Shown here piece after piece: positions 53,349 through 64,000 of a stretch of DNA of 64,000 nt. Source of the stretch: Adineta vaga (taxonomy: Eukaryota > Animalia > Rotifera); the NCBI GenBank assembly GCA_021613535.1, contig CP075494.1, forward strand, positions 14,818,001 to 14,882,000, written 5' to 3'. The stretch's first letter is position 1, and each line of letters starts with the position of its first letter. A program made the translations under genes and the position numbers. A model generated the notes under the pieces. That model did no database searches and was not told where the DNA came from. It saw only the letters and a program-made list of their open reading frames with translations.

Positions 53349-54037
53349 GATCTAAAGTTAGAAAGAATTATCTTTTTCTTTTCTTCGTTAGGAAATAAAA
53401 TTTCAACCGGCGGTTTTGTCTTTATAAATTTAACCAGTCAGAGAACGGTTGATTCTCTACCAATGACGAAAAGGGATTTATTGTCTTTAAAAAGTGGTCG
53501 CTGGATGTCTCGTACTTAATAATTGTATTGATTTTATTGAATTGAAATCTACGAAAAAATAAATGATTTGTTCAATTCGCATGAACATTCTCTTTTGCAA
53601 TATAGATCAAAGGAAGAACTCTCGTTAGTTCCGAGCAAATGCAGGATATATTGAATTTCGCTACGAGATTAACTTGATTAATTAGAATAAAACTTGCCGA
53701 TGATAATAATTCTTTCGTATAATTAATGAAAAAATATTTTCTATAAAATCTATGAATAACATGATTTTCGAGAATAATGACATTGTCTTTCTTCAAGTTT
53801 TTGAAAAAAACATCAACAATAATGATCAATCAGTTGTAATGTTCGATTACTCGGACATTGATACATTTTAAATTCTTTCATTGAGATTCAAAAAGAAGAA
53901 CTGACCATCGGTTGTATACTACGACATCTATTGAATCTAACCATACAAGGAAGTGGAGGAGTTGCATAGTGAGTCGCTTTACCTATGGAGAGAAACAATT
54001 TCTTTCACTTTCATCTTAGCAATATTAGATAACAAAT

Positions 54038-56629
54038 ATGGTACGTATGATTTGTTTCAAAGAAAAAGAATTCTCTTTTTTGTTTAATGTATTTGATTAG
54101 ATTCTTTCACGAACGAAAGCAGTAGAAGATCCAAAGAAGAAAGGAGCTACATCAACTCAAGATAAAACTAAAAAGAAAGTTACTGAAGTTGAAGATTTCA
54201 TTGCCGATCGTGACTATACGGGTGCAATTGCTTATCTCGAAGTATTCAATTGATTATTTTTAATAGAAAAGATTTCCTTCTATTCATTACTTTTTATTTC
54301 TTAGTTTTGTCGTCAAAGCGAAAAAGAAGTCAAAGATCTTGATCTTTGGTTAGCATTTGCAGCATTTCATGCTGGTGATTATCAACGCGCAAGTGATGTA
54401 AATTCAAAAATAGTCATTTGTCATTTCATTTTCTATTCATTGATCTTTATTTTCATCTAGGAATATGAAAATATTCTCAAAACTGATCCACGTAATGGTC
54501 AAGTCTGTATATATCTTGCCTGTTGTTATTTTATGTTAGGCAAATATGATGAAGCTGAAGAAACAGCATCAAAAGGTTTGATTTCGACAACATGTCTTCA
54601 TTTATTTACTTATATTAAATTGAAAATCGTTTCACAGGTCCAAAATCTCCATTACAAGCTCGTGTTTTATTTCATGTTGCACATAAACAAAATAATGAAG
54701 AAAAATTAATGGGATTACATCGACAATTACAAGATGTAATTGAAGATCAAATGTGTTTAGCTAGTATGCATTATATGAGAAGTCATTTTCAAGAGGCATT
54801 AGATATTTACAAACGTTATTTAGTAGAAAATCGGTATGATTTGTGTTCGTTTTGTTGAATAAAATACCAGAAAATCTGTCTTTTTCTTTTTCTAGCGAAT
54901 ATTTGGCATTAAATGTCTATGTTGCATTGTGTTATTATAAACTTGATTATTATGATATATCTCAAGAAATTCTTGATGTTTATTTGAAGAAAAATCCCGA
55001 ATCAGCTACAGCAACTAATCTTCAAGCATGTAATCAATATCGATTATTTAATGGCAAAGCTGCAGAGGTAAAAACACAAAATAATCATGAAGAAAAATTC
55101 TATTTTCACAAAACAAATTCATTTAGAATGATTTAAAACAATTTTTGGATAAAATGAGTACATCATTCAATTATGCTAAAGAATTATTTCGTCATAATAT
55201 GGTACGAATATATCTTTGAAGAATTTTGATGAAGGTTTTTTCTTTTTTTCAGGTTGTTTTTCAAAGTGGAGAAGGTGCAATGCAAATTCTTCCATCATTA
55301 GTTGACGTTATTCCTGAAGCTCGTTTAAATTTAGTTATTTATTATCTGAAAGAAGGTTTGAAATAATTCTTAAGAAAATTCTTAGATAAATTTTGAAAAA
55401 AACCTATGTTTAGATGATCTTGAACATGCATATGAATTAATGAAAGATGTTGAACCTTTACAACCAGCGGAATATATTCTCAAAGGTGTTGTTAATGCTG
55501 CATATGGACAAGAACATAATTCAGTAAGATAAACATTAAAAATAACAAATGAGATGAAAATTTTCTTATATATTTAGCGTGATCATATTAAAACAGCACA
55601 ATCCTATTTTCAATTAGTAGGTGGTTCACAAAGTGAATGCGGTAAGTTTCTTTTCTTTCCAGACTAATCATCAACGACACGTTTGTCGTACGAGATAAAA
55701 TTTCATTGACAGATGAGCTTCGAAAGTACTAAATGTTTTGCAGACAGTGTTAAAAGTTATTTTTTTATTTGTTTAGATACAATTCCAGGTCGTCAAAGTA
55801 TGGCTTCATGTTATTTTCTACATAAACGATTCGATGACGTCATCGTTTATTTAAGTTCAATAAAAGTTTGTATCTGTTTCTTGAAATTCAATCGAAATTA
55901 TTCGATTTTGATTTAGACATATTTTTACAATGATGATGCATTCAATTTCAATTATGCACAAGCGAAAGCTCATGAAGAAAAATGGAAAGAAGCGGAAGAA
56001 GTACGAATGATTTCATGTGAATTTCTTATGAAAAATTACTTTGTTTCTTTAGGCATTTTTACTTATTCAAAGTGAAAAATTAAAAAATGATTATGTTTAT
56101 TTAAGTTGGTTAGCACGATGTTATATCTATAATGGTAAACCACGTCTTGCCTGGGAACTTTACCTTAAGCTTGAACATTCTACGGAATCATTCTCATTAC
56201 TTCAATTAATTGCCAATGATTGTTATAAAGTACGAAGAATTTCTCATTTGAAAAGAAATAAAATCTAGTTGTGATTTAGCGTGGACATTTCTTTTATGCT
56301 GCACGTGGATTCGATATTCTTGAACGTATGGATCCAAATCCGGAATTTTGGGAAGGAAAACAAGGTGCATGTGCTGGAGCATTTCAACAGATTGTTGCAG
56401 GTCATGAACCTCGGTGAGTAAAAACTTTTCGAATGTATATTCAAACAACGTTCTCTTTGAATTTCTAGTGATACACTTCGTGATATTTTGTCATTATTAC
56501 GAAATACTAACCATCCTCAAGGTAAGCGAAAAGAAAAATAAGAAAACGTTAATGAATATCTTTTATCTAGGAGATCATATGATCAAAATAATGCGATCAT
56601 GGGCAAGAACAAATAATATTCCTGTTTAA
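54038..56629 (+). CDS. TTC26: Intraflagellar transport protein 56 (TPR protein), multi-exon
   Basis: ATG-only first exon, then ILSRTK; [83 protein letters not shown]. Confidence 0.93.
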
Positions 56630-56737
56630 GAAAGCATTTGTTGTTGTTGTTTTTTATTGCAGATGAGAGAGAGAGAGACAAAAGGAAGGAAAATAAATGT
56701 AAAGGGTTGAAAGAACAAAAAAGAGACCTCTTTCTTT

Positions 56738-57572
56738 CTAAGAAACTAAACAATCAGGTGTTCCAGAGGAATGTTTCTCATTCGATGGTGTTGACTTTTT
56801 TTTCATAGACGTTCGTCGAATAAGACTTCGACTTCGTCCAAGACCTTTGTCGGATTTATCATCGAATTCTTTTTTCTTCAGACGTTCACTAACTTTTCGT
56901 CGTAAAATTGGACTTAGTTGTCTTGCGGCTGATAATTGAACGAGACTAAGTAATTTAAGAAAGATATCAATGATTGATGCACGATCAAGTGCTGTACATT
57001 CAGCGAAACGACAATGTAATGGACCAAGTTCATTGAGCATTGTTCGAACTTGTTTTTCTTCAACTTCTCGAACAACAGTACGATCAGTTTTATTTCCAAC
57101 AACAACAATCGGAATTTCAGCATAATTGGTTCGTTGTTCTTTGATTTGTTCGATTATCCGACGAATTTCTTCAAACGATGCCATACTATCAACACCTAAT
57201 CGAAAGACAATACAAATCTCTGATTCAATTTTTCAAAGAGAAAAAACTTTACTATAAACAAGAATAAATGCATGTGATGTAGCAATTGATAAACGACGCA
57301 TGGCAGGAAATTCCATATTACCTAATTTATAAAAAAAAAAGCATGGAAATTCTTTTCATAATGATCATTATCTTTTACTTACCAGCTGTGTCTAAGATAT
57401 CAACTTTAATTGTTTTATCATCAATTGTAAATTCTCGATAATGTAAATCTTCGACTGTTTCTTTATATGTATCCAAAAATTTTCCATTTAAAAACATATG
57501 AATAATTGATGATTTTCCCGTACGACTTGCCCCAAGAAGTACAAGTCGATAGCGTGTATCTTGATCGGTCAT
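56738..57572 (-). CDS. Ras-family small GTPase, RASD/Rhes/Di-Ras-like
   Basis: GASRTGKS (G1), YKETVED (G2), DTAGNMEFPAMRRLSI (G3), VVGNKTD (G4), CAAX CLVS; two introns. An upstream coding exon cannot be excluded. Confidence 0.87.
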
Positions 57573-58695
57573 ACTGATTGGTATTGGTCGTAGAGTACTT
57601 AGCAATGATATTGCAGAATTTGATTTCTAAACAGAAATATTATTCATCAAGAGATTTTTATTCTTTCAATTCATTGACTTACACTCGACACACACTAATA
57701 CCAAAAAGTCTGAAAAGCGGAAATGCGAGAGAAAGAAGAAAAAAAAGTAAGTTACATAGCAGGAAAAAAAGTGTCAATAGTACACTACATATGTTTTCTT
57801 CCGATGCGATTGACTTATTGTCATGAAGAAAAAAAAAACTCATCACACTGGTTATTTACATTCAAAGTTCAATTCCAAACGAAGAATTTAACTTTATCCT
57901 ATCAATTTGCACTCGTTGATCTAGATTATAATTATTGAAAAGAGAGAAGAAAAAAAATCGTTTTATTGATACAGAAATGAAGTAAGATAATAAAAAAAAA
58001 GGAAAAGTTGAGAAAATAAACTATTTATTTTTTGATTACTTAATATTATTCATGTACACAAAAGAAAAATGAATACTTCACCAAATCAATACCCCCCCCC
58101 CTTCTCTCCACACACATGCATCGAACGATGACTATAAGGGTAAGTACATCTTTTTTCTTGTAACATGTTCTTAAAGTATTCTATTTTCACTCCAAGAAAA
58201 AGTTGTCATCCTTTAAATAGCATACCTCGTTGTCTCGTATGTTCATTGTAAGTTCAAGTCGATTTGGATAGTTAAATAATAATAATAATGTATATGACAA
58301 TCTTTAATGAAATGTCTATAGGTAGAATCCGGACAAGTCTAATGATGATAGGTTCTTTTATTCGTGATGAAAATAGACGGTTTAAGCTTGTATAGATGAA
58401 TGAATGACGAAAAGAAAGCGAAGGAGAACGAGAGAGAAAGAAAGGGACTAATAATAATTGATATCAAAAAAGATGAGTGAATGATAATATAAGGAAGACG
58501 AAAAAGAAGAAGAAGAAGAAGAAGAGAGTAAGGTGAGAATTTCGATGATTAATGTTGATGTTAGTGCACGATGAATTGAATAAAATGATGTTGACAACAA
58601 AATCGCTCGAGACTTCCAGTTTCTGTCTATATACACCGCTGTGTGAAAGTAAAGCACAATAACCGAGAAATTTACGTACTCATGACTGCCTTCGG

Positions 58696-58703
58696 CTTTT
58701 TAT
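58696..58703 (-). promoter_or_regulatory. Candidate TATA box of the RASD-like gene
   Basis: CCCTATAAAAAGCC on the minus strand in a locally GC-richer patch ~1.1 kb upstream of the ATG. An acceptor (TTTAG) at ~57627 implies a 5'UTR intron or outron. Confidence 0.35.
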
Positions 58704-61700
58704 AGGGAAAAAAGGAAAAAAGGATGTGGATCGCCTGACGGACGATGCGCACGACAAGACTCAGTGAGACTTAGAAGAAAACTGAAGTAGAAAAATAGCA
58801 AATTAGCAGAGCTAGACAATTTTAGTTTCACAAAAACAAGATTCATAATCTGGAGAAAGAAAGAACGTTTTTTTCACTATATATATAATTTAGCAGTCGT
58901 GCTTATAAGAGACAAGTAAATAGGCCGACTCAATAATGATTATATTGAGCTTGAATGACAGCAGTATTTTTTCTATATACTCCTGCTGCTTAGTCTACTT
59001 TATCAATCCATAGTTTTTCCGTTAAAAGTATTCATTTCCCTTTTTTTCACTTGCATGTTCTATCGAATAAATAATGATAAAGAAGAAGAAGAAAAATTAG
59101 AATCAATTCGCAAGTACCCTTACAATTCATCTCATATAAAACAATTATAATATAAGCATTTATTGAATATATGCATGTATGCGTAGTTCCTTGTTAACCT
59201 CTTCATTCTTGATCTTTGAGAACAACATAATATGAAATCTCTCTTCTCAATGTTCATTCAAACAAATGAATATCTTGTCTAACACGATAGTGTGATAATA
59301 TATTACCAACTGAATTGAATTAGAAATCTTATTCCCTAAAATCGTTTGTACAATACTGTATGAGTGTCTTTTATTCATTCTATTCATGTAGTTTTTTAAT
59401 TGATTATCGGACTCTTTTCCCTTATATAGAGAAGTCTGACATGTACATTACAAGCGTGACGTATGAATATAAGCCTCAATGTCTTTTTTCTTCTTCTTCT
59501 TCTTCTTCTTCATCTTTGTATATGTCAGTTGCAAGACCGTCTTATTCTCTCGTGCTCAATTAAATAGGCACTAATATTACATTGAAACATTGGCAAGAAG
59601 AGTAGATAAGAAGAAGAAGAAAAGAAATCTGCTTGAGGAAAAGAGTAACTGTTGAACACATAAATAAATCTTAATATATTTTTTGTCAAAAAAAAACACA
59701 ACAACAACAACTAATAATTAACCGACTATTGCATTCAAAACAAGATTTTGAACTTTTACACGTCTCTTCACTGTTAACAAGTGCTTCCGAAGGTTGTTTG
59801 ACACAACCAGAACAGAATGATTTTCCTTTTTTTAGTCTGCCTTTAAAAGTAATCAACACTTCAATTTAATTCTCATGTTGAGTAAAAGAATTACTAATTT
59901 TCAAGTCATTTACCTTTATTATAATATTGTAAATAAGCAGATAATCAAGTGATTTGTTTCGTTGAAGATATTATTCATCTACAATCATCCAAAAAAAAAG
60001 GAAAATTTCTTTTTAGTTTCTTACTGTTTCTTTTGAAGTTTAGTGTGCGTGTAGTCCGGATGTTGTTAGTATTCTATCATCTACAAGATCTAACTGTCTT
60101 TGAAGCGTAAAAAAACGACTGAATTAAAATCAGTTTTTCTCTTGTATGTGCTTTTTGATAGAGAAACTATTGTAAATATTCAATTGTTAGTTTCTTCGAA
60201 ATCATACGAATAGAAAATGAATGCTATCTGAGCATACATCATCTTTGACGCAGGTCTATCATCAAACTAATTGATGTCTGCTTCTGTCTTTCCTCTTCGT
60301 TTTTTCCCTTTTTTTTCTCCTCTTTTCCTCTGATGATACTAATAACTGTGATGGCGTCGAGGTGTATGAGTGTAAAAAAACACGTCTGATTACCTATTCT
60401 CGAAGCTAATTATGAATACAATTCATATGTATGCATAGAAAACAAAATCAATGAAGAGTCGGTTAATAGAAATAAACTAAAAAATATTCGCGAAAAAGAA
60501 ACTCATCTGATATGAGAGACTTAGAAATCAGGTATGCGAATGAAAAGCTCGAGAAAGATTGAATTAATTGCTGAAAGCGTCAGTTTTATTTGATAATAAT
60601 TAAAAAGAAATGTTCTTAGGTTCGGTAAGAATGAATGTACTTATTCTTATCTTTTGTATATCGAGGTGAGTTTTTTTTTATAAATAATCATGATTATTGA
60701 AGAGATTTACAACAGACAACTTACTTAATGATTCTATTTTAACAAGAAGAATTAATTTAAAGTAAAGGTGAAACAAATTCGTCTATCCGATTATCTATTC
60801 CTAATCATCTTCTCTCAACATGTTTCTTTTTCGTTGATTCAACTAAACAATAATAAATATATAGTCGAGATTTTCTTGACAATATTTCTACCTTGAAATT
60901 ATATTCATTCAAGGCACACTAAGACATGCATAGTATTTCTTCTTTCCAATAATTTAATTCTAATCAAAAACAGACAGATTTTAGTCGACATATGCAATAA
61001 GATATGTTTTCAGATGAAATTAGATTATATGTCTATTCTTACTGTTGTCAACAACATCGTTGATTTAATGAAGTGAAAAGATAAATACAGGTTATCTATT
61101 GAATGTTCATCTCGTATGATTTATTTATTGTTACTAAAAGTCAGGGATAATTAAAAAAGAAACGAATCCAATTTCATTAATTGTTACATATGGAATGTCA
61201 AATTCTTTTTCTTTATTCTCTGTATGTGAAATGATAGCATGAAAAGGTGTAAAATCATGGAAAGAAAAAGATTTGTCCTTTGAAATCAGGAACATCGAAT
61301 GAATTGATCAAATATATTTGCGACTGATTGGAATGACGTAAGTTAAATAAACTCATTAAATTTCAATGTTTTGATGTACAGAAATCATGTTTTACATTGA
61401 ACGAAAGAGAAGAATAAACGATGATTCTATTCCCAACAGATTGCACTATTTCTGATTTAATTAGTTTTCTCTCGTGCATCGAAACTAGTATAAATAGAAG
61501 CAAAAAAAACAAATAAGAAAATTGCTCGTTTTACATTCAGTTGAGAATAAGAGAAGATTGTTCATTTATAAAATTCTTCTTCTTCTTACTATCAGGTGCA
61601 TTACATTGATCATCTTCTTCAATAATGAAACAGATTCTCTTGTCATTTATCAATATGTTATATTCAACGTTTCGTTAGTCAAAGCAATAAAACTATACTT

Positions 61701-62678
61701 AAAAACTAAGTGAAGCATTTATTTATTTCAAATATTACATTTTTTTCTTCCCATCATAATAATGAATGATCTTCAGTTTCGACGAACAAATATATCTAAA
61801 TAGATGTTATTTTCCTCGATTATCATTCATCAATGCTTCTGACGCATTTCCTCACCAGAGATGATAATTACTTTTTTACCTTTTTCTTCTTCTTTTTTTA
61901 AATCAATGTTAGGTAGTAAATAATTCATTTTCTTTATAAATCTTCTTGTTAGAAACATAGTTTGAGATTGTAAATGAGAACTATTTGTTAATCTATTTTT
62001 AGTTGAAAATAATTATAGATTTTTCATCAATTGAGAACTAGTTCCTTTTCTGTTTTCCACGTGGGTAGGTCAAATGTATTTACTATGCTAATAAATATTA
62101 TTGTAATGTTTATTCAAAAAACAACGGTGAATAATGGGCATAAAGAATTTCTTTTTCTTTCTAACGTTCATATTCAAGGTTGAGACATTGTTTTTCAAAT
62201 ATAGTGGAAGAAATAATTTGAATAACATGAATAGTGATGTTTTGTTTTTCAAATGGAAAATATTTCTATTGAATCAAACGAGTTTTTCTCTCCTTTTTCA
62301 TCAGAATGAAAAATCATTCGAGCAGAATAGTTTGAGAGAAATCGATGTACTTCATTAGTTGATAACATAGAACGTAGAACGAGTGTTTATTAAATACGAT
62401 GAGACAGTCCGATGACTTGAAGAAAAAGAATTATATTACTTTTCTCGAGGAAATCTAACCGAAAGAAATAGTTGTATTTTGTTTTATATATATGTCGTGT
62501 TTTCCCTTCGGTTACAGTTCAAGATAGAAAGAAGAAAAAAACCTCTTGCGACGTTTTTCTCTCTTTTGGATAATTTTGTTAAATGTATTTACCGATTTTC
62601 TTCCTAATAATTCTGTTAGTTCCGAGAAAGAAACATGCATTGATGAAGTTTAACTATCGTTCGTTTTTTTTTCTTTAA

Positions 62679-63383
62679 TCAGGTAAAAGATTTCTCTTTA
62701 TATTTATTTCGTAAATCTTTGACAACAATCGAACAACCTTTATGAATAGAAATATTTTGAAATGTTTTCTCGCCCGAATAATTTTCGTAGGAATTATAAT
62801 TAATTGTTTTGAAAATTTGAAAATTATATTTAAGAAATGCCTTCAGTGAATAGTCACCAGTGACATCAGCGTAGATTAAATCAAAATTGTTTTCTTTTGC
62901 AAATTGAATTGATTTATCAATTAATTGACTTGCTAATTGATTTCGTCGATATTTAGGATTAACACCAAGAAGATAAACATGAAATAGATTATTACATTGA
63001 AATTCTTTGAATAGATCAATATTTTCATGTAATTTTGTTAGAAGACCACTGATATGTTCATGTTTATGTAAATAATGACGATTTAAGGACGAATAGAGAA
63101 TATCAGAATGATCAGTTGTATCATCGTCTTTTTTATCATGAAGATTAAGTGAATAAGCGATTGGTAGAGAACAATTCTTTTCTAAATCATAGAAAGCTAA
63201 ACTAAGATGATCAGTTTTTGCTTTATAGAAGACTTGTTTTAACCAAGGTAAATCAATTTCATCCGGTACTTTTGTTTTCAAATATTGATTCATTGGTTCA
63301 TAGGGAAAAAATGTTTCCATAACAAATAATTCGAATTCCATTGTAAATTCATCTTCACGCATTAAACGACATGTAAAAGACAT
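62679..63383 (-). CDS. GNAT acetyltransferase, arylalkylamine N-acetyltransferase (invertebrate AANAT-like) family
   Basis: FFPYEPMN (FxxxEP), LLGVNPKYRRNQLASQLI (motif A), ADVTGDYSLKAFLKYNFQ (motif B); intronless. Confidence 0.85.
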   Translation of the reverse strand: MSFTCRLMREDEFTMEFELFVMETFFPYEPMNQYLKTKVPDEIDLPWLKQVFYKAKTDHLSLAFYDLEKNCSLPIAYSLNLHDKKDDDTTDHSDILYSSLNRHYLHKHEHISGLLTKLHENIDLFKEFQCNNLFHVYLLGVNPKYRRNQLASQLIDKSIQFAKENNFDLIYADVTGDYSLKAFLKYNFQIFKTINYNSYENYSGEKTFQNISIHKGCSIVVKDLRNKYKEKSFT

Positions 63384-64000
63384 CTAGAAAAGAAATTTTT
63401 ATTTGCGATTATATCTTGATGTCTCAAGTTAGTTTGATAGAAAACTCTCGTCTGGTAATAATCATCAATTGAATAATCGAAGAAAAAGAAAAGTTAATGT
63501 TCGGAGAAACAATATTCAATCGGAGCTGATAGCGAGCAAGAAAACATTAGTCTGTTCTCTGAACAAAGAACATTCTTTTGTAAGACGAAGAAAAAAGAAA
63601 AGATAGTCATCTGCTTTGAGATGTTATTATAATCAGAAGCATAACCATTGAAATACATTAGAAAAAAAAACCGATGTAATCTATCATGACAGAAAAGAAA
63701 AGAAATGAGATTTTTTTTCTTCTTAGTTCACTGTAAAAAATCAATCTTCTATCTTTTTTTATATTAATCATAAACAACTATATATATATATATATAGGTC
63801 ATGTAGATAATTAATTAAAATCAATCTTATACGAATAGAAAATATTCTTTTAATTTTTATTTCTATCTATGAAATTCTCCATAGATTTGAATTGTTGTTG
63901 TTTGTTTTTCTTCCTATCAAGCAATACTTCGATTATTTCTAGGTATAAAAGATAATTTATGGCAGATTTACGAACAACTGTCAAAGAGTATTATTTTGTG

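Noticed and set aside
55642-55776. Possible poison exon or H/ACA RNA in an enlarged IFT56 intron
   Set aside because: The internal AG is only ~20 nt from the donor, and only one convincing hairpin (ACGACA/TGTCGT) is present.
57700-62600. Long ORF-poor region checked for transposons and RNA genes
   Set aside because: Only short low-complexity ORFs and microsatellites; no TIR, LTR, transposase or tRNA signature seen. Probably regulatory DNA of the RASD-like gene.

Overview
AT-rich, gene-dense eukaryotic (animal) genomic DNA with many very short (~45-65 nt) GT-AG introns. The compact metazoan gene set, tiny introns and an intron-containing microbial-type glycosidase best fit a bdelloid rotifer; this is inference only. 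I spliced about 25 protein-coding genes by hand: Rap1GAP, two tandem DPY30, an R7-family RGS, Ena/VASP, poly(A) polymerase, PTPDC1, MANF, a D8C-domain membrane protein, two tandem Prop-type paired-like homeobox genes, a GH130-like glycosidase, MCFD2, LCLAT1, Ubl-RPS27A, SNRPF, TTLL10, a peptide GPCR, MED31, PDCD10, LC3, COX7A2L, NUP205, IFT56/TTC26, a RASD-like GTPase and an AANAT-like GNAT. Several are absent or fragmentary in the ORF track. I recognised no rRNA, tRNA, CRISPR or transposon. The most interesting points are: (1) RPS27A is fused to a ~49%-identical, lysine-stripped ubiquitin-like domain ending LDLEGG; (2) operon-like co-oriented gene pairs lie 123-183 nt apart with apparently unpaired splice acceptors, suggesting SL trans-splicing; (3) highly base-pairable non-coding elements sit upstream of, and inside an intron of, the first Prop gene; (4) there is a secreted, probably GPI-anchored GH130 of likely horizontal origin; (5) COX7A2L is about double length, MANF lacks its CXXC, and Rap1GAP is frameshifted. 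All exon boundaries and RNA pairings were derived by eye.
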